DNA of 64,000 nt from an uncultured Anaerolineaceae bacterium (GTDB lineage Bacteria > Chloroflexota > Anaerolineae > Anaerolineales > UBA4823): NCBI GenBank assembly GCA_964354345.1, contig CAYGZL010000151.1, positions 25,869-89,868 on the forward strand. The letters are read 5' to 3'. Numbering within the stretch: position 1 is the first letter of the stretch; every line of letters begins with the position of its first letter. Shown here piece by piece: positions 8,321-17,228 of the stretch. Position numbers and translations under genes: made by a program. The notes beneath the pieces are model-generated. The model saw nothing but the letters and a program-made list of their open reading frames with translations, did not search any database and had not been told where the DNA came from.

Positions 8321-9793
8321 ATGCAATTTCCGATATTGAGCGTGATCGTCTTTACTCCGATTGTTGCCGGGCTGTTAATTTTATTGATCCCGTCTGATCG
8401 TAAAAATGAAGTACGGGTGGCTGCCCTTGCTGCTGCGACAATTACGATGCTGATGTCCTTATGGGTATATTTTTCTTACGATATCGCGGCAGGGGGGTAT
8501 CAGTTTAAGGAGATCTATCCTTGGCTTAAGGCGCTGGGTATTTCATACCATGTCGGTGTGGATGGGATGAATGCCCCTCTTGTCCTGTTGACGGGTGTGG
8601 TGATGTTCACGGGCGTCTTGATCTCTTGGGGCATTGAGGACCGGCCGCGCGAGTTCTTCGCCTTTTTGTTTATCCTGGCGACTGGTGTGTTCGGCGTGTT
8701 CGTCACACTGGATCTGTTCATGCTGTTCTTCTTTTACGAAATCGCAGTCTTCCCAATGTACTTGTTAATCTCAATCTGGGGTTGGAAAGTGACACGCGAA
8801 TATGCAGCGATGAAATTAACCCTCTACCTGTTTATCGGTTCTGTGGTTGCACTGGTTGGGGCGCTGGCGATGTACTTTACGTCCACTCAGAGAACATTCG
8901 ATATGCTCCTGCTAGAGAAGGCAGGCTTTACTTCTCAGTTTCAAATCGCAGTTTTCCCATTTGTCTTCCTGGGTTTCGCAGTTCTCGGTGGCATCTTTCC
9001 ATTTCATAACTGGAGTCCCGATGGCCATGTGGCTGCGCCCACTGCGGTCTCGATGTTCCATGCGGGGGTTTTGATGAAACTGGGTGCATTTGCTGCTTTA
9101 CGTGTGGGTGTCATGTTGCTACCCGAAGGCGCCAGGTTTTGGATGCCTTACGCCATCTTGTTGACATTAGTCAATGTCGTCTATGGTGCGTTTATCGCCA
9201 GCGTTCAAACTGACTTCAAATATGTCATCGGTTTCTCCTCGGTATCGCACATGGGCCTGGTGCTGATGGGTTTTGCCACCCTTAACCAACAAGGCTTGAT
9301 CGGTGCGGGTGTACAGATGTTCTCCCATGGCATCATGACGGCTCTCTTCTTTGCTGTTGTCGGGATGGTGTACGATCAAGCGCACACACGTGAGATCCCA
9401 AAACTGGGTGGTTTCTGGAAAGTAATGCCTGGAGTGGCATTGGCGTTTATTGTCGGTGGCCTGGTTTCGATGGGTATGCCTGGTTTCTCAGGTTTCATCG
9501 CCGAATTCCCTATTTTTCTGGGTTTGTGGCAAAAATACCCATGGATTGCCATCGTTGGGGCGATATCGATTGTGGTAACGGCAGCTTATATTATCCGAGT
9601 TATTGGACGAGTTTTCTTTGGTAAGATGCCAGAAGAATTTGCCCATCATGTCCATGATGTTACTGTATTGGATAAGATCGCCCTGGGGATTCTCTCGGTA
9701 ATCTTGATTGGCCTGGGTGTGTTTCCACGCTTGATGGTTCCCATGGTGGAATCGGGTGTAAAAAATATCATGCGCCTATTGGGAGGTACATAA
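8321..9793 (+). CDS. nuoM: Second NuoM-type antiporter-like subunit (copy 2)
   Basis: 490 aa, starting 3 nt after the copy 1 stop. Motifs FFFYEIAVFPMYLLI, HNWSPDGHVAAPTAVSMFHAGVLMKLGAF and GFSSVSHMGLV. Strongly diverged from copy 1. Confidence 0.85.
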   Translation: MQFPILSVIVFTPIVAGLLILLIPSDRKNEVRVAALAAATITMLMSLWVYFSYDIAAGGYQFKEIYPWLKALGISYHVGVDGMNAPLVLLTGVVMFTGVLISWGIEDRPREFFAFLFILATGVFGVFVTLDLFMLFFFYEIAVFPMYLLISIWGWKVTREYAAMKLTLYLFIGSVVALVGALAMYFTSTQRTFDMLLLEKAGFTSQFQIAVFPFVFLGFAVLGGIFPFHNWSPDGHVAAPTAVSMFHAGVLMKLGAFAALRVGVMLLPEGARFWMPYAILLTLVNVVYGAFIASVQTDFKYVIGFSSVSHMGLVLMGFATLNQQGLIGAGVQMFSHGIMTALFFAVVGMVYDQAHTREIPKLGGFWKVMPGVALAFIVGGLVSMGMPGFSGFIAEFPIFLGLWQKYPWIAIVGAISIVVTAAYIIRVIGRVFFGKMPEEFAHHVHDVTVLDKIALGILSVILIGLGVFPRLMVPMVESGVKNIMRLLGGT

Positions 9794-11251
9794 GTGACTG
9801 GCAATCTCTTTCAATCCTCGATGTTTCTCGCGATTCTGCCTGAAATATTATTAATCATTTTGGGTGGAGTGATCCTCATCGTTGACCTGATCTCTTCAAA
9901 AGAAAAACGAAATGGTCTTGGTTGGGTTGGGGCGATAGGACTGGCAATCATCATCTTGTTGAGTCTGTTTGTAGCCCGACCAGGCGCTGCGGCAGTTGAG
10001 TCTTGGGGTCGAATGATCCGATTTGATTGGTTGTCATTCACCTTCAAAATGCTTTTCCTGTTTGGTGCAGCCATCACGTGTTTGCTAGTGATGGATAATG
10101 AGCGGCTGGGCCAGCGGGGTGAGTTTTATTTACTCCTGTTGGCATCCACCATTGGGATGTGCTTGATGGCGTCCGCTTCCGATTTGATCATGCTGTATCT
10201 TGCGATCGAAACCACTTCTATTCCACTCTATGTATTGGCTGGATTTCTCACGAACGATGACAAGTCGGCAGAAGCCGGCTTTAAGTATCTGCTGTTCGGG
10301 GCATTGACTTCTTCGATCATGTTGTACGGTTTCAGCCTGCTGTATGGCTTTTCTGGGACGACATCTTTATATGATATTGCAGCCAAGGTATCTGCTGGAC
10401 AGGTGGGTTTGGCGTTACTGGGCAGCCTGGTGCTCATCTTGATTGGTTTTGGTTTCAAGATTTCGGCGGTGCCCTTCCATTTTTGGGCGCCGGATGTTTA
10501 TGAGGGTGCACCGACACCCGTGGCAGGTTTTCTATCCACAGCATCGAAGGCGGCTGGTTTTGCTGTCCTTTTGCGGTTTTTCACAGTTGTTTTTCAAGAT
10601 AATGCGATTGTTGTGCAATGGGGAGCAATTTTAGCGGCTCTCTCAGTGGCTACGATGACATTGGGGAACCTGCTGGCTCTGACGCAGAAGAATATTAAAC
10701 GAATGCTGGCATATTCTTCGATCGCACATGCTGGTTATGCATTGATTGGTGTGGTGGCGCTGTCTGCAGATGGTCTATCCAGTACTATTTTTTATCTGAT
10801 CGCCTATATGTTGACGAACCTGGCTGCTTTTGGCGCCGTGGCCGTGGTAGGACGGCTGATCGGCTCGGATGATATGACGGCCTATCACGGTCTAAGCCGC
10901 CGATCTCCTGGTCTGGCATTGATATTACTGGTTGCCTTACTCTCACTATCTGGGATGCCGCCTCTGGGGGGATTTATCATCAAGTTCCTGGTATTTGCTG
11001 CGGCAGTGAAAGCGAATCTGATCTGGCTGGCAGTGGTGGGTGTGTTGAATTCAATTATCGGCTTATATTACTATATGACAGTGCTCAAGTATGTGTACCT
11101 GTACCGGGCTGAAGGTGATGAACAACCTTTGGCAATCCCCCGCCCGTCAGCGTTGGCTTTAATCATCCTTGTATTCGGGATCATTTTAATCGGTACAGTT
11201 TTCTCACCCTGGTATGGCTGGGTAACCAACGCGGCTGCGGCGATTCCTTAA
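9794..11251 (+). CDS. nuoN: NADH-quinone oxidoreductase subunit N
   Basis: 485 aa, with a GTG start abutting the preceding stop. NuoN/ND2 motifs FHFWAPDVYEGAPTPVAGFLSTASKAAGF and LAYSSIAHAGY. Confidence 0.9.
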   Translation: MTGNLFQSSMFLAILPEILLIILGGVILIVDLISSKEKRNGLGWVGAIGLAIIILLSLFVARPGAAAVESWGRMIRFDWLSFTFKMLFLFGAAITCLLVMDNERLGQRGEFYLLLLASTIGMCLMASASDLIMLYLAIETTSIPLYVLAGFLTNDDKSAEAGFKYLLFGALTSSIMLYGFSLLYGFSGTTSLYDIAAKVSAGQVGLALLGSLVLILIGFGFKISAVPFHFWAPDVYEGAPTPVAGFLSTASKAAGFAVLLRFFTVVFQDNAIVVQWGAILAALSVATMTLGNLLALTQKNIKRMLAYSSIAHAGYALIGVVALSADGLSSTIFYLIAYMLTNLAAFGAVAVVGRLIGSDDMTAYHGLSRRSPGLALILLVALLSLSGMPPLGGFIIKFLVFAAAVKANLIWLAVVGVLNSIIGLYYYMTVLKYVYLYRAEGDEQPLAIPRPSALALIILVFGIILIGTVFSPWYGWVTNAAAAIP

Positions 11252-11311
11252 GTCTTGGTAATCGGGTGATTATTGGCGTGAATTTGATGCTTGTGATAAA
11301 ATTCCTGAACT

Positions 11312-11614
11312 ATGGAACCGACTGGTAACCAGCCAGGTAGAAAAAGTGTGTCTGCTTCCCTTAGCGTGGCTATAGGCGCAGTAGTCGGGCAGGTCGGCTG
11401 CCTGACTTTATTAATTGTCCTGGCAGCTTTGTTCGGTGGGTTATGGATGGATAAACTGTTCGGCACCAAACCATTGATCACCATTGGCTTGATGATCGCA
11501 AGTATACCAATCACATTATTCCTGATGTTCTGGGTAGTTCGTAGAGCGACTACCCGAATACAAGCTACAATGCAGGCTAAACCCGGTCAGCAACCTGGAG
11601 GAGACCAGCAGTGA
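11312..11614 (+). CDS. Small two-TM protein, AtpZ/AtpI-like (ATP synthase operon leader gene)
   Basis: 100 aa. The hydrophobic hairpin LFGGLWMDKLFGTKPLITIGLMIASIPITLF resembles the AtpZ family (from memory). Its stop overlaps the atpB start by 4 nt. Confidence 0.55.
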   Translation: MEPTGNQPGRKSVSASLSVAIGAVVGQVGCLTLLIVLAALFGGLWMDKLFGTKPLITIGLMIASIPITLFLMFWVVRRATTRIQATMQAKPGQQPGGDQQ

Positions 11615-12594
11615 AAAGGTTTCGGATTTTCGGGATAGAGATTAAAAATCGTTATTTAGTGCTCATAATTATCGTGTTAGCCTTCCTGGGGGCGCGGGCG
11701 TTTGCGCCAGTTCTTCCCCATATTCAACTTCCGGCTGAAGCCTATACGCCAGACCATCCGTTATTCACTCTACCAGTGATTGGGGATTTCTACTGGACGA
11801 ATACATTGACCGCCATGGTATTAGCCGACTTAATATTAATCGCCATGGCCTTGACAGTACGGCGCGCAGTCCGGAGTGGTAAATTAGTGCCAACCGGAAT
11901 TGCTGGGGTAATAGAGGCATTGTTGGAGGTTATTTATAATTTAACGGAATCGACTGCTGGTCGTTGGGCTAAGAAAATTTTCCCATATTTTGCCACGATC
12001 ACTCTGCTTGTCCTGGTGGTTAATTGGATGGAGTTAATCCCTGGGGTTGACAGTATCGGTCTGATTCATCAAGCAAAGAAAGAGGGTCATGCGATTCAAG
12101 AGCTCGTGCCAGGTGTCCTGACTACGATTACTGGCGCCCAAGGCGAGTTCAACGTGATTCCGTTTGTACGCGTACTTTCGACTGATTTGAATTTCACAGT
12201 CGCTCTCGCCTTGATTTCCGTTGTCATGACGCAGGTTTTCGGTGTACAGTCCCTCGGTTCAAAGTATTTTACGAAATTCATTAATGTTGGTGGTGTCTTT
12301 AAACGTCCAATTTTTGGCGTCATTGATTTTGGCGTGGGATTATTAGAGTTGGTTTCAGAAATTTCGAAACTACTCTCATTTTCCTTCCGGTTGTTTGGCA
12401 ATATCTTCGCTGGATCAGTACTGTTATTTGTGATCGGTACCTTGGTACCGGTTTTTGCACAATCGGTTTTCTTGCTTTTAGAGTTCTTTGTGGGATTAAT
12501 TCAGGCGGTCGTTTTTGGCATGCTCACGATGGTGTTCATGTCGCAGGCGACGGCTGGTCACGGCGAGCAGGGCGAACACGCTGAAGCTCATTAA
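11611..12594 (+). CDS. atpB: F-type ATP synthase Fo subunit a
   Basis: 327 aa, polytopic. Contains the essential-arginine motif SFSFRLFGNIFAG and the C-terminal LIQAVVFGMLTMVF. Confidence 0.9.
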   Translation: MKRFRIFGIEIKNRYLVLIIIVLAFLGARAFAPVLPHIQLPAEAYTPDHPLFTLPVIGDFYWTNTLTAMVLADLILIAMALTVRRAVRSGKLVPTGIAGVIEALLEVIYNLTESTAGRWAKKIFPYFATITLLVLVVNWMELIPGVDSIGLIHQAKKEGHAIQELVPGVLTTITGAQGEFNVIPFVRVLSTDLNFTVALALISVVMTQVFGVQSLGSKYFTKFINVGGVFKRPIFGVIDFGVGLLELVSEISKLLSFSFRLFGNIFAGSVLLFVIGTLVPVFAQSVFLLLEFFVGLIQAVVFGMLTMVFMSQATAGHGEQGEHAEAH

Positions 12595-12645
12595 TTTATT
12601 ACGTCTTATACAGGCAATATTACGATGGAGGCTTAGGAGATAACC

Positions 12646-12873
12646 ATGGATGTCGCAGCAGCAAGACTCATCGGAGCGGGTTTGGCGATGATCGGTACGA
12701 TTGGCGCAGGTTTGGGGATTGGTGTGCTGGTAAATGGCGCAGTTCAGGGCATTGCCCGCAATCCCGATGCAAGTAGTAATGTCCAGACGAACATGATCCT
12801 GGGGATCGCTTTCGCCGAGGCAGTTGCGATTTACTGCCTGGTGGTTGCGCTTCTGATCCTCTTTGTCGGCTAA
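12646..12873 (+). CDS. atpE: F-type ATP synthase Fo subunit c
   Basis: 75 aa helical hairpin with a glycine-rich helix 1 (GAGLAMIGTIGAGLGIG). The ion-binding carboxylate sits in IAFAEAVAIY. Confidence 0.9.
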   Translation: MDVAAARLIGAGLAMIGTIGAGLGIGVLVNGAVQGIARNPDASSNVQTNMILGIAFAEAVAIYCLVVALLILFVG

Positions 12874-12917
12874 AGAGCAGGTACCAAGAGAGTAATTTAG
12901 GTTAATAGGAGGAAGCC

Positions 12918-13655
12918 TTGGAACAACTTGGCCTAAACTTGGGATACCTGCTGGTGCAGGTTTTCAACTTTTTGATTATTTTTTTAGTCCTACGCGCCTG
13001 GGTGTTTGGCCCAATCATGGGTTTGCTGGAGAAACGGCGCCAGACTATCGCTCAAGGCCTGAAAGATGCTCAAACCGCTGCCGAAGCGCGCGCGAATGCA
13101 GAAAAAGACGCACGTGAAATCCTGGCTAAAGCGCAGGTTGAGGCTGCCCAAAAAGTAAAAGAGGCAACTGAACGCGCCGAGGCCGCAGGTCGCGAAGTGA
13201 TGGCGCGCGTCGAAGCTGAAGCTACAAAGGCGCGAGAGGCTGCCCTGGCTGAAGCCGCGCTCGAACGGGAGCGTATCCTGGGTGAATTACGCGGCCAGGT
13301 GGCGGCTTTGTCAATCGCCGCGGCGCAGAAACTGGTCGGCGAGTCGCTAGATGAGCAGCGTCAACACGCTTTGCTGCAGGAGTTTTTCTCAGGCGTTAAG
13401 TCTGGTCGAGTGGTTGTCCTGGAAGGGGCAAGTTTGAGTGGTGCGACGGCGGAAATTACCAGTGCGTTGCCATTGACAGCGGCAGAAAAAGATAGTGTTC
13501 GACAGGATGTCTTATCGAAAATTGGTAGCCAGGCGACAGTGACTTTCCGTGTTGATCCCACCATTCTGGGCGGTTTGGTGATCCGGGTCGGCGATAAGGT
13601 ACTGGATGGATCGGTCTCCGGTCAGTTGGAAAGTTTACGCCAAAACCTGCGTTAA
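12918..13655 (+). CDS. atpF: ATP synthase subunit b fused to a delta (OSCP) C-terminal domain
   Basis: TTG start after AGGAGG. Residues 1 to ~155 form a typical b subunit: an N-terminal TM (LLVQVFNFLIIFLVL) and a long Ala/Glu/Arg-rich helix. Residues ~160..245 match the delta C-terminal domain consensus (AEITSALPLT..VTFRVDPTILGGLVIRVGDKVLDGSVSGQLESLRQNL). No delta N-terminal domain is recognisable. Confidence 0.8.
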   Translation: MEQLGLNLGYLLVQVFNFLIIFLVLRAWVFGPIMGLLEKRRQTIAQGLKDAQTAAEARANAEKDAREILAKAQVEAAQKVKEATERAEAAGREVMARVEAEATKAREAALAEAALERERILGELRGQVAALSIAAAQKLVGESLDEQRQHALLQEFFSGVKSGRVVVLEGASLSGATAEITSALPLTAAEKDSVRQDVLSKIGSQATVTFRVDPTILGGLVIRVGDKVLDGSVSGQLESLRQNLR

Positions 13656-13829
13656 ACAAACTTACTAAAAAGTTTCTCTCTAAGGAGGCTGACTTCCGGA
13701 GTCATTCTGGCCAGGGATATCCCGATGCGGATGTATTCCTGGTGGGCAATGACCTCGGAAGTCTTGATTCATGGATTCGAACGAGGAATGGCTTTCCTTT
13801 GTACGCCGTAACCCATATCTAGTCGCAGC

Positions 13830-15491
13830 GTGATTGCATCCTTATCTGTGGCCATGTCGCATTCCTTAACCAAATTACTTGCCGAAGTACCGGGGATCTT
13901 GAGCATCTCTGGAGAAGGAGCGTCGGGTCAATCCGATGGTTATGTGATCAATGGTGTTGTCTATGATTCGCGTCAGGTTCAGCCGGGCAATTTGTTTGTC
14001 GCTCTGCTGGGAGGCATGACGGATGGTCATCGTTATATCGCCGATGCAATCCAGCGGGGGGCTTGTGCAGTCGTTGGCATGCAATCTCTCGGTGAAATGC
14101 CGGTGCCGTATGTGCAGGTGCAGGACAGCCGCCAGGCATTAGCCTGCTTATCGGCGGCATATAATGACTTTCCGGCGCGTCATTTGATGGTAGTTGGCGT
14201 AACGGGTACGGATGGGAAAACGACGACAACCAACCTGATCTATTCAATCTTACAGGCAGCCGGTCTACGTACTGGCATGATTTCAACGGTAAACGCCATT
14301 ATCGGCGAACGGGTGTTGGATACAGGTTTTCATGTGACAACCCCAGAAGCCCCCGATGTACAGCGCTACCTGGCTGAAATGGTCTCATCTGGTTTAACGC
14401 ATGTAATCCTGGAAGCGACTTCGCATGGTCTGGACCAGCATCGCGTCTCAGCTTGCGAGTTTGATCTGGCGGTGGTGACCAATATCACCCACGAGCATTT
14501 AGATTATCATGGAAGCTTCGAGGCTTATCGGTCAGCCAAGGCGCGCCTGTTCAGTGGTTTGGCAGATACTGTAGGTAAATCCTCGAAACCACCACGCGGG
14601 GCGGTATTAAACCTGGATGATCCTTCCTATGAATATCTCTCGGGAGTAGTTCCTGCCGGAATACCTCAAATGAGTTACGGCATCCGTGGCGCAGAACCGT
14701 CGTTTAAATTCGACACCTTAGAAAAATTCAATGGCATTTTTGCGCAACACATTCAATACAATCGTACAGGCTTGAATTTTGACGCCATCCAATGGGTAGA
14801 TGGAAAGCCTGTAGATTGTTTGCCCATCACCAGCCGGCTCATAGGTAATTTTAATGTTTCAAACTGCCTGGCTGCCATCACGACTACCCGGGGACTTATG
14901 GATTTAGCTACAATTAGCGTTCTGGAAGGGATACAGGCAATGCCCGGAATCCCGGGGAGAATGGAAATAATGGATTCAGGTCAGGATTTCACTGCAATCG
15001 TAGATTTTGCACACACTCCCAATGCTTTACAACGTGTATTGGCAGCCGTCCGCCAAATGATCCAGTTGCAGGAAAAACCTGGCCGTGTGATGGTTGTGTG
15101 TGGATCAGCCGGTCTGCGCGACCGCCAAAAGCGACGCATGATAGCTGAAATCGCGGTTGAGTTTGCGGATGTGGCAATATTTACTGCAGAAGATCCTCGC
15201 ACCGAGTCGTTAGCGGATATCCTGGCAGAAATGGCACGCGGTGCAAGCGCGCGCGGTGGTATTGAAGGACAGAATTTCTGGCGCATACCTGATCGTCGTG
15301 AAGCTTTACGCTATGCGGTGCATTCAGCACAACCAGGCGACCTGGTGATTGCCTGTGGGAAAGGGCATGAGCAGTCCATGTGCTTTGGGACGGTCGAATA
15401 TCCCTGGGATGATCGGATTGCACTTCGCGCCGCGATAGCTGAGCGTCTCGGCATACCTGGTCTGGCGATGCCAGTCCTGCCCAGCGTATAA
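13830..15491 (+). CDS. murE: UDP-N-acetylmuramoyl-L-alanyl-D-glutamate--2,6-diaminopimelate ligase
   Basis: Mur ligase P-loop GVTGTDGKTTTT. MurE-like N-terminal domain (VYDSRQVQPGNLFVAL) and C-terminal domain (VDFAHTPNAL, AEDPRTE). The true start may be ATG 13857. Confidence 0.9.
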   Translation: MIASLSVAMSHSLTKLLAEVPGILSISGEGASGQSDGYVINGVVYDSRQVQPGNLFVALLGGMTDGHRYIADAIQRGACAVVGMQSLGEMPVPYVQVQDSRQALACLSAAYNDFPARHLMVVGVTGTDGKTTTTNLIYSILQAAGLRTGMISTVNAIIGERVLDTGFHVTTPEAPDVQRYLAEMVSSGLTHVILEATSHGLDQHRVSACEFDLAVVTNITHEHLDYHGSFEAYRSAKARLFSGLADTVGKSSKPPRGAVLNLDDPSYEYLSGVVPAGIPQMSYGIRGAEPSFKFDTLEKFNGIFAQHIQYNRTGLNFDAIQWVDGKPVDCLPITSRLIGNFNVSNCLAAITTTRGLMDLATISVLEGIQAMPGIPGRMEIMDSGQDFTAIVDFAHTPNALQRVLAAVRQMIQLQEKPGRVMVVCGSAGLRDRQKRRMIAEIAVEFADVAIFTAEDPRTESLADILAEMARGASARGGIEGQNFWRIPDRREALRYAVHSAQPGDLVIACGKGHEQSMCFGTVEYPWDDRIALRAAIAERLGIPGLAMPVLPSV

Positions 15492-15509
15492 TGAAACGTC
15501 TTCCTACAA

Positions 15510-16256
15510 TTAGCGTAATTCGCGCCCGCCGTTGATGTCGATCGTCGCGCCCGTCATAAATGAATTAACCGGGCTGGCAATGAAGACAATACAACGAGCA
15601 ATTTCCTCCGCATGAGCATAACGCGCTAGTAATATTTTATTTTCGGCGTAATTGGGCGCCAGTTCTGCAATCGTAGCTTCTCCCATGGGCGTGTGCGTGA
15701 TGCCCGGAGATACACAGTTCACCCGCAGGCGTGGCGCCAGTGCCCGCGCTGCGCTTTTGGTCAGGTTCACCAGACCGGCTTTTGCCGCCGCGTAATGCGC
15801 ATGGTGCGGGGCGCCGGTAAAAGCTGCGACACTGGCTACGGTGACTATCGAGCCGCCCTCTCTAATCAAAGGCGCCCAGTATTGCAGGGCATAAAACGCA
15901 CCGTTTAAATTCACCTGGATAATATGATCCCATTCCGCAGGTGTGATCTGTTCCAGGGGAGTGATGATATTGCGACCGGCGCATAGCACAAGCATATCCA
16001 GCGCGCCTGGTTCGGCCTGGATCCGCCGGGCAGCCCGTTCCACACTCTCGGATGATATGAGATCAACCGGTAGAAGCCAGGCTTGCCGGCCGGACTCCCG
16101 GATCGCCCTGGCAGTGCTTTCGGCTCCGGCTTCATCTTGACCATAACCTACCACCAGATCTGCGCCCTCCTCAGCGAATATTCGCGCCGTAGCCGCGCCG
16201 ATGCCGCTGGAAGCGCCAGTGACCAGGGCGATCTTTTCTTGGAGGCCCAGATTCAT
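15510..16256 (-). CDS. Short-chain dehydrogenase/reductase (SDR) family oxidoreductase
   Basis: 248 aa. Contains TGASSGIGAATA (TGxxxGxG) and the catalytic YAAAKAG (YxxxK). Confidence 0.85.
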   Translation of the reverse strand: MNLGLQEKIALVTGASSGIGAATARIFAEEGADLVVGYGQDEAGAESTARAIRESGRQAWLLPVDLISSESVERAARRIQAEPGALDMLVLCAGRNIITPLEQITPAEWDHIIQVNLNGAFYALQYWAPLIREGGSIVTVASVAAFTGAPHHAHYAAAKAGLVNLTKSAARALAPRLRVNCVSPGITHTPMGEATIAELAPNYAENKILLARYAHAEEIARCIVFIASPVNSFMTGATIDINGGRELR

Positions 16257-16295
16257 TGGATTTTCGGTTTTCCCTCCTGCTGGATTGAGGCAAAC

Positions 16296-17195
16296 TCAGG
16301 CTTTCTTGACCGGTCGTAAGAAGACCAGCCAATAGGCAGCTGCCACCAACACCGCACCACCAATGATATTTCCAATCGTGACCGGAAGTAAATTATTAAT
16401 CAAGAAATTACCCCAGGTGAGTGATTCGTAACTGCCGGCTGTTTTCCCGATCGACTCCCAGAATTTCTGATCAGCAAAGCCTCTTATGAAGAGTCCAATT
16501 GGGATAAAATACATGTTAGCAATGCTGTGTTCAAAGCCAGCCGCGACGAAAGCTGAGATCGGGAAAATAATCGCCGCGATTTTGTCGACAACGCTACGCG
16601 CGCTATAGCACATCCAGACTGCCAGGCAGACTAAGGCGTTGCACAGGATGCCCAGCGCGATCGCCTGCACAAAACCCAGCTCGACTTTGTTATTCGCGAT
16701 AGTTAGCGCAGTTAAGCCAACGCTGCCCGCACCCTGGGTGTACTGTTTTCCCAGGAATATCAACAGAGCGGTGCCAATCGAGCCGACAAAATTCCCAAAA
16801 TAAACGATCAACCAGTTGCGGAGCAAGGCCATGGTTTTAACTTTTCCACTCGCCCAGGCCATCACAATCAGGTTGTTACCGGTGAATAATTCTGCCCCAC
16901 CGACAACCACCAGGATCAAGCCCAGGCAGAAGACCAGACCCGCCAACAGTCGGGTGACACCGTAGGGTAGGCCAGTGTTATATGCTAATGTTAATTTGTC
17001 TGGGCCAAAAGTTGCCATACTACCCGCCAGGACAGTAGTAGCAAAGATCGCCCCCAGGGCGATGAAAGCTCCCGCCAGGATTGCCAGGGCGAACATGGTT
17101 AGAAACGGCATTTCGGCTTTGCGGACGCCGATATTTTCAGCGCGCGCCGCCATCTCGGATGGAAGCAAGGCATCAATGTGGATTTCAGTGGACAT
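16296..17195 (-). CDS. Formate/nitrite transporter (FNT) family channel
   Basis: 299 aa, 6 TM. FNT motifs LLAGLVFCLGLILVVVGGAELFTGNN and GFEHSIANMYFIP. Confidence 0.85.
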   Translation of the reverse strand: MSTEIHIDALLPSEMAARAENIGVRKAEMPFLTMFALAILAGAFIALGAIFATTVLAGSMATFGPDKLTLAYNTGLPYGVTRLLAGLVFCLGLILVVVGGAELFTGNNLIVMAWASGKVKTMALLRNWLIVYFGNFVGSIGTALLIFLGKQYTQGAGSVGLTALTIANNKVELGFVQAIALGILCNALVCLAVWMCYSARSVVDKIAAIIFPISAFVAAGFEHSIANMYFIPIGLFIRGFADQKFWESIGKTAGSYESLTWGNFLINNLLPVTIGNIIGGAVLVAAAYWLVFLRPVKKA

Positions 17196-17228
17196 TTGGT
17201 AGATCTCCTTTTTTATTTATCTTAAATA

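Noticed and set aside
6755-9793. The tandem nuoM genes as a recent duplication or assembly artefact.
   Set aside because: The two copies differ in length (520 vs 490 aa). They are highly diverged at the protein level outside the catalytic motifs, so they are old paralogues.
13765-13790. A GGATTCGAACG string (minus strand CGTTCGAATCC) reminiscent of a tRNA T-loop, in the atp-murE spacer.
   Set aside because: The flanking bases do not form a T-stem, and no acceptor, D or anticodon arms can be drawn. It is not a tRNA.
13691-13811. An 8-bp long-range stem (GACTTCCG at 13691-13698 with CGGAAGTC at 13756-13763) and a 28-codon ORF (13725..13811) in the 174-nt spacer upstream of murE.
   Set aside because: The stem is short. 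The small ORF has no SD at proper spacing. I recognise no known leader or riboswitch consensus. The evidence is insufficient to call an RNA element or a micropeptide.
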